The notes beneath the pieces are model-generated. The model ran no database searches and was not told where the DNA came from. It saw only the letters and a list, made by a program, of their open reading frames with translations. Source: Octopus vulgaris (lineage: Eukaryota). From it: a stretch of 64,000 bases of DNA. The position numbers were made by a program, and so were the translations under genes. Within the stretch, counting starts at the first letter, position 1, and every line of letters begins with the position of its first letter. The DNA is taken from NCBI GenBank assembly GCA_951406725.2, contig OX597822.1, positions 30,814,001-30,878,000 of the forward strand, in the 5' to 3' direction. Shown piece by piece: positions 11,759 through 23,739 of this stretch.

Positions 11759-14339
11759 TATGTTTGACTTTTGCTTTATGTCTGTACAAGTTGGCTCCAA
11801 GTTTCACCCAGAGACCTCAAGAGACAACAGGTTGGAAGTTCTGTGCCATATATTTGGGTTTTTTTTTTTTGGTATTGTACTAGTGAATGTCTAATACTTA
11901 AAAAAAAAATAAAAAATAAAAAATAAAAAATAAAATAAAAAAAAAGTTTGTTTTAAACCTTGGGATTACATAGAGAGTATTTTGCGTAGGATATGAGTAG
12001 TTCCCATGAGCACTATCTTTTGAATTTCTGCCATTTTGGGGTTTCCTGGTATCTGAGTTAGATAGCAATTAGTCCCTTTCGCTATCATTCCCAGGGCACC
12101 TATGACAACAGGTATTGTTTTAGTCTTCAGCTTCCACATTTTGCTGATTTCTATTTCAAGATCTTTATATTTGCTCAGTTTTTGGTAGGTCTTGACAGAT
12201 ACGTTTATATCGATTGGGACAGTCATATCAATGAGGAGGCATGTTCTTTGTCTGAAGTCTTTCAATATAATGTCTGGCCTATTTGCATCTATCTTCCTGT
12301 CAGTTTGAATGGTGAAGTTCCAGAGGAGTGAGATGTGGTCATTTTCAAGCACAGGAGGTGTATTGTGTTCCCACCAGTTTTTTTCATGGGGCAAATCTAG
12401 GTTTTTGCAAATTACCCAGTGAATATATTGTGCAGCTCTATCATGCCTACTGAGGTACTCTGTAGGCGCTAGAAGACTACATTTGGAGACAACATGGTCA
12501 ATGATTTCATTTTGTTGTCGGCATACACGACATGTTGGGCTACTGCCGTTCTTTAATATGTTGGCCTGGTAGTTTCTTGTTGGTAGGCATTGATCTTGAG
12601 CTGCTATGATAAACCCCTCTGTTTCAGATTTTAAGCCAGAGGCCATTAGCCATTGATGGGTCAGGGCTTTGTCGATATCTGCATTATTCGCTCTCTTTGG
12701 GTATTTGCCATAGAGAGGTTTTTCTTTCCATTTATTATTCAGAATATCTAAGGCCGCAGTTTTGGCACGGGTTTTCATGCGCCTAGCTTTTTCTGTGCTT
12801 GTTTCTTGTATATCTATCTCTAATTCCGAAATTGGTTGTATTCGGAATTCACTTAGATATTCCTTTGCCTGTTTTGTGACTGAGTATGATGCTTTCTTGT
12901 TTTCATGTTTTGAGATAAGTTTTAACATCCAGTCCTCAGAGTTTTTCAGGTAGGTGTCTAGGCCAATTGTAGCAATCTTCATTATTATTGCCAGTTGCAA
13001 AAGACCACGGCCTCCCTCTTTTCTTGGCAGATAGAGTCGTTCTGTATCTGCCTTAGGGTGGTGCATTCTATGCATTGTCAACAGTTTCCTTATTTTTCTG
13101 TCGAGCTGACATATTTCAGTAATTGACCAGTTAACAATATTGAAACTGTAAGTCACGACTGGTATGGCTAATGCATTGATCGCTTCGATCCTGTTTCTTG
13201 CATTCAGCTCTGTCTTGAGTATTGCTCTCACTCTTCGATAGCATTCTCTCCTGATCCTTTCCTTCATCTCTGAATGCCTTATTCCGTTCCCTTCAATTAC
13301 CCCTAGGTACTTGTAGCTCTCCGCTGGGTCTAGTTCTTTTATGACATTCTGCTGGTCAAGGTTAACGTTAGATGTTTCTGTCATTTTTCCTTTGATAAAG
13401 GTAGCCTTTGCACATTTATCGAGGCCGAATTGCATTCTGATGTCGTCACTGAATTGTTTGACTATCGCTAGTAAGCCCTTGAGTTGTTGGTCATTTTTTG
13501 CAAAAAGCTTTAAATCATCCATGTAAATGAGATGATTTATATTTTTATCAAACATTTTGTACCCGTACTGCGCGTCATTGAGCAGCTTTGAGAGAGGTAT
13601 TAAGGATAAACAAAAGAGGAGTGGTGACAGTGAGTCACCCTGGAAAATGCCACACGAAATTTTTACATCACCAGCATTTAGAGATTCATTGCCACTGTTC
13701 AGAGTTAGTGTGGTTCTCCATGATCTCATACTTACAGTCAAGAAGTTTCGCAGAGTAGGTGCTATCTTATACATTTCCAGGCATTTCCTAATCCAGCTAT
13801 GTGGTAGGCTATCAAAAGCCTTTTTATAGTCTATCCAGGCTATTGATAAGTTTTTGTGTCGTTTGTGACAATCTTCTAAGATAATCTTATTGATGAGTAG
13901 TTGGTCTTTACAGCCGTAGGATCCACGTTTACATCCTTTCTGTTCATTAGGGAATATGCTGCTGTCTGTTAAAAAACTATAGGTATACTCCGTCAGGACA
14001 GATGTTAGTGTTTTGTACATAGTTGTTAAGCAGGTTATGGGTCTATAGTTTTTTGGTTAATTTGTTTCTTCACTTTTTGGAAGCAGGAATGTTAAACCAT
14101 TAACTAGCCAAGGAGGCATCCTACTAGGGTGTTGCAAAACATCATTGTACAGTTCTGTTAGCAGTTCATGGCTCTCTGGGAAGGCATTCAGCCAGAAGTT
14201 AGGAATTTTATCCTTTCCTGGAGACTTCCATTTGCTTGACCTCCTGAGAGCAGATCTTATATCCTCTACCTTGACACCCTCCCACTTTTGCTCTTCTAAG
14301 GGGTCCAGTTCTGTAGATATTCTGTCAATCCAGGGGCCC
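11758..14339 (-). mobile_element. R4/Dong-clade non-LTR retrotransposon (family A), 5'-truncated, inserted in (TAA)n
   Basis: RT-CCHC-RLE reading frame plus ~210-bp 3' UTR. Pure (TTA)n directly at both junctions (11675-11757 and 14340-14525). Confidence 0.96.
11966..14339 (-). CDS. Reverse transcriptase/restriction-like endonuclease protein of an R4/Dong element (684-aa ORF 11966-14020; same frame continues upstream through one TAA at 14057-14059)
   Basis: KSPGKDKIPNFW, (stop)PKNYRPITCL, WIDYKKAFDSLPH, GIFQGDSLSPLLF, YMDD, YKYLG, GGRGL, CRVC..HVVSKC, RHD, RPDII, LIDMTVP, KLSKY. Confidence 0.95.
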
Positions 14340-14448
<109 letters not shown>

Positions 14449-14462
14449 CATTATTATTATTA

Positions 14463-14530
<68 letters not shown>

Positions 14531-14575
14531 TAGTTTTATTTTCATATTATCGTTATTATTATTATTATTATTATT

Positions 14576-15121
14576 GAGTGAGAGAGCAGTTCATGCCATC
14601 AAAGTGACACTGGGGTAAAATATACGAAGCCCAATATACCCATCATGACTACCCGTCTGATAAAGGTACACCAGGCACATGCATCACAACCATATGTGCG
14701 CGACATGGTGATCTCATATCAAGATAAACAGCACATGACCTTGCAGGTGGAGCCCAGTTAGAATTTTCTTCAGGTTGAGTAGCCCATCCTGCTCAAAAGG
14801 TCCCTGAATAAGGGTTGCTTTAGGATGTTGAACGAAATACCTATGTTTCCAGAGGTGAATTATTCAAACCCCAAAGAATCCCTCTCAACACATGGCCATG
14901 ATGCTCCCCCACTACTTCTGCTCGTGATCAGAGATGCACAAATCGTCAGCCACTAAGGGACATGCTCAACTGGTTAAGGCCAAACAACTGACAAGCAAAT
15001 CTGTGGTATTGAGCAGAATATTTGCTGTAGCCCATCTTTTATACCAAGACAAAACAATGTACATGATAACACTTCCAATCAGTTAAGATCAGAAGCCATG
15101 AGAGCCACTGCCTGGTACTGC
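14576..15121 (-). mobile_element. Non-coding (TAA)n-targeted element, copy C (near full length)
   Basis: Same sequence as copy B, ending at ...GGTACTGC and joined directly to copy D. Confidence 0.9.
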
Positions 15122-15122
15122 T

Positions 15123-15663
15123 GAGTGAGAGAGCAGTTCATGCCATCAAAGTGACACTGGGGTAAAATATACGAAGCCCAATATACCCATCATGACTACC
15201 CGTCTGATAAAGGTACACCAGGCACATGCATCAGAACCATATGTGCGCGACATGGTGATCTCATATCAAGATAAACACCGCATGACCTTGCAAGGTGGGG
15301 CCCAGTTAGAATTTTCTTCAGATCGAGTAGCCCATCCCGCTCAAACGGTCCCTGAATAAGGGTTGTTTAAGGATGTTGAAAGAACCACCCATGTTTCCAG
15401 AGGTGAACTATTCAAACTCAAACAATCCCTCTCAACACATGGCTATGATGCTCCCCCACTACTTCTGCTCGTGATCAGAGATGCACATATCGTCAGCCAC
15501 TAAGGGACATGCTCAACTGGTTAAGGTTAAACAACTGACAAGCAAATCTGTGGTATTGAGCAGAATATTTGCTGTAGCCCATCTTTTATACACACATGGC
15601 TATGATGCTCCCCCACTACTTCTGCTCACACATGGCTATGATGCTCCCCCACTACTTCTGCTC
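15123..15663 (-). mobile_element. Non-coding (TAA)n-targeted element, copy D (truncated, with a duplicated internal 36-mer appended)
   Basis: Body at 15123-15591, then ACACATGGCTATGATGCTCCCCCACTACTTCTGCTC twice (15592-15663), then (TTA)n. Confidence 0.9.
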
Positions 15664-15664
15664 C

Positions 15665-15743
<79 letters not shown>

Positions 15744-15834
15744 CATCATTATTATTATTATTATCATTATTATTATTATTATCATTATTATTATTATTTT
15801 TATTATTATTATTATATTTCCAACAGTTGCATAA

Positions 15835-15866
<32 letters not shown>

Positions 15867-16409
15867 TGCCGCTGCATTACTATTTCCGCTAATGCATTCC
15901 AGCTGCATTTCTACGATTGTGTGTTTGTATATACTTGCGCCGGTTTTCCTTCCAGATCGGTTTTCGTTCGTTAGCCTCGTTGTTACGTTAGTATTCCTAC
16001 TACCATGAAGAAGATTTGCGATTTTACATTCTGGGTGTGGTTATTACACAGAATACGTGTTGGGTACATAAAGTGTAATGTTTCATTTGCATTAGTGACA
16101 TGAATGTATCCTGTGCATACTGTATGTTGTATAGTGCATGCTGGTATGTTTTTGTTTTTTTTATTAACCTTATTATATATACTTAGTTTACCAACTATTA
16201 GTAGTATTATTCAGGTTTCATGCTCTCCATCTTGTTTGTTTCAATTTATGGATATGGATTCTTCTGTGTTATTTACCTTATTTTGAGCAGGCAATTATTC
16301 AGTGAGAAGGATAGAAATGTATATCAATGTACATATATCTTTGTTATTGTACTGGATTATTATATCTGAACAGCTTGCCTTGATCTTGTCATTTTGTTAT
16401 AATATAATA

Positions 16410-16773
16410 GGAGCACTCCGTCGGTTGCGACGATGAAGGTCCCAGCTGATACGATCAACGGAACAGCTTGCTCGTGATATTAACGTGCAAGTGGCTGAGC
16501 ACTCCACAGACACGTGTACCCTTAACGTAGTTCTCGAGGAGATTCAGCGTGACAAGGCTGGCCCTTTGAAATACAGGTACAAGAGAAACAGGAAGAAACA
16601 GCGAGAGAAAGTTGTGGTGAAAGAGTACAGCAGGGTTCACCCCTCCTGCCGGAGCCTCGTGGAGCTTTAGGTGTTTTCGCTCAATAAACACTCACAATGC
16701 CCGGTCTGGGAATCGAAACCGCGATCCTCCGACCGCGAGTCCGCTGCCCTAACCACTGGGCCATTGCGCCTCC
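16410..16773 (-). mobile_element. tRNA-derived SINE family R, tail type 1, with target-site duplication
   Basis: A box TGGCCCAGTGG and B box GGTTTCGATTCC. 12-bp TSD CATTTTGTTATA at 16390-16401 and 16776-16787. Confidence 0.93.
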
Positions 16774-17720
16774 ACCATTTTGTTATAGGTAGGCATCAAA
16801 TGGTTAGTACCAGATCGTTTTCATGTACTTTGTATAGTACATGCTGAGAAGATCACGCAGTCGAAAACGCAACCGACTCAATTGCGTCATTGTGATCACT
16901 AGACAGCAAGGGCCGATGTGGTTCAATGGTCTCGTTATTTCATTTCTCTGTATATTTTATCACTTTTATCTGTTCCCCAAATAGTTATGGAGTTAGAGTC
17001 TTTCAAATCTCTGACTTTAGTGTATGTGTCTTAACTTAATACTCTATCTTTTATCACATTCGATAACGCTCTATAAATACTTTGATAATGAATATATTAC
17101 AAGGACACAGTAAATGTCTCAAGGCTGACAGGAAGCGGTGCTGCTTCCTAGGGCTAAATCGCAGTAGTATTATTCCCTTCATGGGACTGTAACCGTAAGC
17201 TTACAGCATACAATATATAATACAATATATTATTTTACAAGATATTATTTTACTGCCATTAAGTAGCTCGTTACGGTCTACGGAATATTTTGAGTGCCTT
17301 ATAATTTTTAACGTGTAGATAAAGTTAATCCCATTTACAAATGTTAATTCAGGTGCTGATTCTAATCTTCTCACCATTCTATTGAATACTTTTGTCACAT
17401 ATCTATGGGTGTTAGTCAGGTATTTCACTAAGAAACTGGACACCGATGGTGTTTTACAATTATATGAAGTTATGAATATATTGGTTGAATAGGGCATTCC
17501 TACAACGATATAATTATATATGCTTTTCGTTTCCCTTCAGATTAATTGTGCATTTATATTGCATCGATTGTATATGCCTCGCAAAGCCATTTTCCATTGC
17601 TTGCATGAATGAAGATTTCCTCCTTTTATTGTTACTAGACAAACTACAAAAAGCATCAACACATGGGAGCGAGTGCTAGAAACAACATCTACTATTACTT
17701 GCCAAAACAGTATATATATA

Positions 17721-18100
17721 GGAGCACTCCGTCGGTTGCGACGATGAGGGTCCCAGCTGATACGATCAACGGAACAGCTTGCTCGTGATATTAACGTGCA
17801 AGTGGCCGAGCACTCCACAGACACGTGTACCCTTAACGTAGTTCTCGAGGAGATTCAGCGTGACACAGATTGTGACAAGGCTGGCCCTTTGAAATACAGG
17901 TACAAGGGAAACAGGAAGAAAGGGCGAGAGAAAGATGTGGTGAAAGAGTACAGCAGGGTTCACCACCATCCCCTGCTGGAGCCTCGTGGAGCTTTAGGTG
18001 TTTTCGCTCAATAAACACTCACAATGCCCGGTCTGGGAATCGAAACCGCGATCCTCCGACCGCGAGTCTGCTGCCCTAACCACTGGGCCATTGCGCCTCC
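17721..18100 (-). mobile_element. tRNA-derived SINE family R, tail type 1
   Basis: Near-identical to 16410-16773. Imperfect TSD TGCCAAA(A)CAGTA on both sides. Confidence 0.93.
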
Positions 18101-18252
18101 ACTGCCAAACAGTAGCCACCAATTCAACCACAGCAACGAGTCCAGCAATAGTAACGGCAGCAACGACAGTTCATTTGCAACGGCAACTGCAACATCAACA
18201 ACAGCGAGAGCAGCAGCAACAGTTGTAAAGTCAACTACAGCAGCAACAACAA

Positions 18253-18611
18253 GGAGGCGCAATGGCCCAGTGGTTAGGGCAGCGGACTCGCGGTCGGAGG
18301 ATCGCGGTTTCGATTCCCAGACCGGGCGTTGTGTGTGTGTTTATTCAGCGAAAACACCTAATGCTCCACGAGCCTCCATAGGGGGTGGGTGGCGATCCTT
18401 GCTGTATTCTTTCGTCACCCCTTTCTCTCACTCTTTCTTCCTATTTCTTGTCCCCGACTTCCTACGCAACCGCTGAGCCTGGATGCGCATTCATCCATCT
18501 GGCGATGCTCTCGGTGTCGGGGGTTGACCAGCTTTCTCTTCTGCGGGTCTTATGAATAGCAAAGGACCACGTTTCGGACTTCTGCCACTAATAGGACGAA
18601 GACCGCTTCGC
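18253..18611 (+). mobile_element. tRNA-derived SINE family R, tail type 3
   Basis: Same ~195-bp head (GGAGGCGCAATGGCCCAGTGG...), followed by an unrelated 3' part. Confidence 0.88.
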
Positions 18612-18874
18612 ACAACAAACAAGCACACAAACAGCAACGACAGAAACAATATCAGCCAAAGATAAAATGTATAAATAAATGCATCGAAAGGAACAGGAAG
18701 CTGCTGCATCGTCAAGAAATGCAGGAATAGCAACAACAACAACATTGATAGTGACCTCCAACTTAATAAAAACAACAAAAAAAGGGCACCACTGTAAACA
18801 GAAGTAACTTACAACAGTGCCGTCTTACAGCAAAATTCAAACAAGCGCATGCGTGCGCACAGACATACACACAT

Positions 18875-19040
18875 AATACATACATACATACATACATACA
18901 TACATACATACATACATACATACACACACACATACATACATACATACATACATACATACACACACACATACATACATACATGCATGCATACATACATACA
19001 TGCATGCATACATACATACATACATACATACATACATACA

Positions 19041-19073
<33 letters not shown>

Positions 19074-19140
19074 GCATACAAACATACATACATACACACA
19101 TACATACATGCACACATACATACATGCATACACACATACA
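18875..19140. repeat. (CATA)n microsatellite
   Basis: Directly visible; source of the MYVC/HTYI ORF artefacts. Confidence 0.98.
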
Positions 19141-19180
19141 TGTTCATGTAGGCACACGCGCACACGCACGGACATAAATT

Positions 19181-19365
19181 CATTTTAAGACCCACAAAGA
19201 TCAGAATTTATCTGCAGCTCTTGGTGGTCCAAACTGGATATGCAATCTATGTGGATGTCTTTTCAAATCATTGTCTGGTTTAAGAAGCCACATCAAATGC
19301 CATGATGGTTCTAAGGTGCAGCTATAGGAGGTGGTCCAACTCTGCATATGGAGTAGACAACCACC

Positions 19366-19370
<5 letters not shown>
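19181..19370 (+). mobile_element. 3' end of an RTE-like LINE with a canonical C2H2 finger
   Basis: In-frame HFKTH...WICNLCGCLFKSLSGLRSHIKCH...stop at 19325-19327, then a short hairpin-like UTR (GGTGGT..ACTC/GAGT..ACCACC) and (TA)n. Confidence 0.6.
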
Positions 19371-19419
<49 letters not shown>

Positions 19420-19879
19420 CTTTGGTCTTCACCGACCCATCACTTCTCATCATTTCCGCTTGAGTGGCCACGTCATGTGATGAAGGCTGCGTGAAGAATC
19501 TGCCAAAAGAGGCTTTCCAGCGTAGGTAATAGTGTAAACTAGAAATGTATGAGACCTGCCCTGACTAAAACTAGGAATTTCGATGAGGGAGGCAGAGAGT
19601 TTTATGAAAGACAACATACCCGCATCATCACTACCAATACAAGAGAATAAAACCAGAAAAACCCACAAACACACAATCAACTTTAGCAACAATCGCAAGA
19701 ACAAAATCATTATAAAAATCTAAATGAATAAAATGAAACAGGTGTATATAAAACTCCATCCACTTCGCAGTTCTAATAAAAAAAAGGAAAACCACTACGA
19801 CGAAGAGGGTGACGACGACCAACAACAATCCTGCACCCCCACAATAAAAACAACAACAACAACAACAACAACAAAAACC

Positions 19880-19932
<53 letters not shown>

Positions 19933-19952
19933 CTTTTCTATTATAGGCACAA

Positions 19953-20527
19953 CGCGTATATATAAGTAGACACGACGATGTTACCAGATATGTCCACTGG
20001 CTGTTGTGCGGTAAAGCAAACCTCGAGAGAACCGAACAAAGGTATGAACATGAGTCAAAGGGAGTAATAGAAAACGAACATTACCAAATACTCTGGGATT
20101 TTAACATGCGGTACGACCAAGTCATAGAGGCGAGACGACCAGATATCGTGCTCATCCATAGAGATGAAAAAAGAAGTAAAGATAACAGATGTTGCAATAC
20201 CAGGCGATTTGAGGGTGAAATGTAAGGAAACAGAGAAGATTGAGAAATACCAGTCACTGCGGGACGAGATAGGAAAGTTATGAGGCATGAGGGAAGTAAT
20301 GGTGATACCGGTGGTAACTGGAGCATTCGGAGCAGTTATCAAGGGCTTTGAAAAACATATTAAGAATATTGGAGCTGCTGTCAGGCTGGAGATGATCCAG
20401 AAGATGGCATTGTTGGGTCCAGCTCGCATTCTAAGGAGAGTATTGTCTCTTTGTGTTACTGGTGATTTGTTGTTGCCTACTTTCATGAATAATCGGTAAT
20501 TAAGAACTATCTGAGAGTATTTCAGAT
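19953..20527 (+). mobile_element. Old 5'-truncated R4/Dong-like RLE fragment
   Basis: RHDDVTRYVHW, ILWDFNM, ARRPDIVL, EKIEKY, IPVVTGAFG and ILRRVLS in broken frames. Preceded by (TAA)n on +. Confidence 0.88.
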
Positions 20528-20611
20528 TAACAACAAAAATAATAACAATAACAGCAACAGCAGCAGCAGCAACAGCAGCAGCAGTAACAACAACAACAGC
20601 AATAATAATAA

Positions 20612-21083
20612 TTGTCTTGGTATAAAAGATGGACTATAGCAAATATTCTGCTCAGTACCTCAGATTTCCTTGTCAGTTGTTTGACCTTAACCAGTTGAGC
20701 ATGTCCATTGGCGGCTGATGATATGTGCATCTCTGACCACGAAAGGAAGTAATGGGAGAGCATCATAGCCATGTCTTGAGAGGAATTCTTTAGAGTTTGA
20801 AGAATTCATCTGTGGAAACATGGGTGTTCCATTCAACATCCTTAAACCATTTGAGCAGGATGGGCTACTTGACCTGTAGAAAATTTTAACTGGGTTCCTG
20901 TTGCAAGGTTTATCTTGATATGAGATCTCCATGTCGTGCACATATGTTTGTGATGTATGTACCTTATCACATATGGTTGTGATGTATGTTGCACCCTTAT
21001 CAGACGTGTAGTCATGATAGGTATGCTGTTCTTCGTATATTTTACCCCAGTGTTAGTTCATTGCATGCACTGCTCTCTTACTC
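20612..21083 (+). mobile_element. Non-coding (TAA)n-targeted element, copy E (older, opposite orientation)
   Basis: Diverged reverse complement of copies A-D. Ends ...CTGCTCTCTTACTC-(AAT)n and is preceded by (AAT)n. Confidence 0.87.
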
Positions 21084-21238
21084 AATAATAATAATAATGG
21101 TTCTAGATTTAGGCAAAAGTGTAAGAAAAAAAACAATGGATTTAATTAGAGTACATCTAAGGGTATTTGCATGAGGGGTGATATGGCCTCGTTTCAATGG
21201 TCAACAATATAGCCTTTAGTGTTACAGGTCAGACTTAC

Positions 21239-21326
21239 ATTTTCCGACACCTTTGCAAACGTCTTGTGCAAATGGCAGCAAAGCGGGAGTATTTGTAGGT
21301 CTGTGAGCACCGGAATGGTGGTCTTG
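21239..21326 (-). other. Candidate 88-nt host exon
   Basis: Minus strand has a polypyrimidine tract CTTCTCTTTTTC..TTTAG acceptor and a GTAAGT donor. Non-repetitive and open in all three frames; no recognisable product. Confidence 0.25.
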
Positions 21327-23739
21327 CTAAATGACGACGCGAAAAAGAGAAGCATAATTAAAAAATTTCCCACTCATAACTCGGCTGAACGTAGAGTCTA
21401 AGAAATTTCCCAGTGTAATAGTAAATAAATAACAGCATAGCAGGGAAAGCACAGACTTGCACCATTCCAAAGACAGTGCCTACAACAAAATTCCCTTTTT
21501 GAGGTTATTGGTCATATATAGAAAAAGTGATAGCAGAATGATATGACATTTTAAGAAAGCACGTAATTTTTTTAAATACTTCTACTGAAGAAAAATGTAA
21601 GTTAACATGAACAAATTTTGATAACATATTGTTTCGGTTTGTATTTCTGAATTCCTGAATATCCTGTTAACGTCCACAGCGGAAGCAAGCAAAATAGAGT
21701 AGGTCAGAGTACAACAGTTGACATTACTATACTGTAAGCCATCTGTTCCAATTCTATGAATAATTTATTACTGTATTATTTTGGCTCAAGGAAAGTTGTT
21801 CTATGGATAAATTTATATAGACATAGTGATTCGATCACTACACATGGTTGGGTACTCATTTTATCAACCCCAAAGGGGAAAATACCTAATCAAAGTCTAT
21901 AGTGAATTTTGAATTGTAATGTGATGGAAAGTGTGAAATAAACATTAAATAATGGACTGTTTCAGAGTAATGAGGTTTTAAAGATCTGTAAATCGTTATA
22001 GGTGAGAGATATAATTGACTAAATCGATTCCAGTACACAAGTTCAATTCATCATTATGATACAAGAGAGATGAAAGGCGGGATTTGAATTCGTAACGTTG
22101 AAGGTACGGAAAAAAATTCAAAGTTATTTAGTATTGTCCGCTAATATTTCGATCACTCCATAAGAATATATGAATAAATTGTTATGCAATATACTTCCAA
22201 CGGAAAATCTCTAAACCAGGCAAACACATTTGATGTTTGATACCATACAGAGCATAACACTCGCTATTCTTCGGTTTTTGAATGCAAAATGTTTTGCTGC
22301 AATAGAAATAAAATTTTTTTAGCGGGAAACGTGTAATTGTTAAAGAGGAAAATGAATAGGTAGATTGAGATGGCGAAGGGTTATCTCTTTATATATTTTT
22401 TCTCATTTTGCGTTTCAATGGAATTGGCGTTAAGTGTTTATCGGCGTAGAAAATAGAATGCTTCTAGATAGCACTTTGATGACATATAAGAATATAATGG
22501 AAGGTAATTGTTCACGTAGGAGTGGTTTCACAGAATGTCATAGCAAGAATATTAAAAACATAAAAAAGGCTGGTGATAGAAGAAAAAATAACATAAACGA
22601 AGGAAATTATTAAATGTGAAAGAAAACTGCAAGAGAATGAGGTGAATAATACTAGTAAGATATATGTTGGTTTATGTAACTTTCTCTTTTAAGATATTGG
22701 TCGCTTATAAAGACAAAAATGACCGCAGAATGACATTTTACGAAATCACACAATGAATACACTTTATAGAATATTTCTATTGAGGGAAAATAAGAAGTGC
22801 ATTGAGGCAAGTTGATAAAACATGGATTCTCAGTTGAAAGGTTGGCAATTCCTGTGCTGCACATTTTCTATATTGCGCATTTTGGACTGCTTTCGCCAGT
22901 CTTGTTCACTTAGATGAAAAGAAAGGTGCATTGCTGCAAGTCTCGTATATCGTATATTGTTGAAAACGTCATATTTATTTGTAGCGCTGAGTTCAAATAT
23001 TACTTTAGGTTTGACTCTAAGAGCACTGGGAATATTCAAGCAAACTTGGAAACGTTACTGCAGTTATTTTTTCGGTGCTGTTGTTTGATTCAAAACTAAA
23101 ATTTGCAAAGCTTTATCACTTTAGTAGGCAATAATCGATAAATAAAAGAGAGGGAGATAATATCAGCAAAAAGAATTAGGAAAAAGAAAATTCTATGAAA
23201 AAAGGTTTAAATGTTTCTGAGAGAAGATTAGTATCGTAAATTTAAATAAATTGATGAAGATGAGAAATTTTCCTGAGGGGCCATATGAATGAAGAGCATA
23301 CAGTTAAGTGCTGGCAAATATACTTAATTTTGTGATTGATATCTTTAATTATTAAGCGTTAAGTATGTTATATAGCACTCAACTCTATGGCCTTCAGGCA
23401 GAATTCACCCATGGCAAATCGTTTTAATGTCATTATTTTAATTTTTCTAATCAGTGATCAGTTTTCACACGAGATCTGTCTAATATAAAAGTCATTCTAA
23501 GGCATAGGACATACACATTAGTTCATGCTCCGTTGAGGAGGTATAGTAAAATTTGTCGGGTCTTCCTCCAAATTCTAGAAGTCAGATTCACTCCGCAAAA
23601 TAAAGTATCAGTGAAGCACTGGGATCGGCTGTGTCGAATGGACCTCTGCTTCTAAAACTGCGTTGTGCAAAAATCTGAAACAGATATTTTCAATGTTAAA
23701 ACAAACGAAAAATATTTCAGGATCGAATAGGGAAAATTT

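Noticed and set aside
14935-14955. CUGACGA and CUGAAGA on the sense strand of the 555-nt element as a possible hammerhead
   Set aside because: No properly placed GAAA with closing stems I and II. The CTGATGA...GAAA in copy E (~20716) also lacks stem I pairing.
18253-18330. tRNA-like sequence
   Set aside because: It is a SINE head that continues into the SINE body in multiple copies and lacks a proper acceptor stem.
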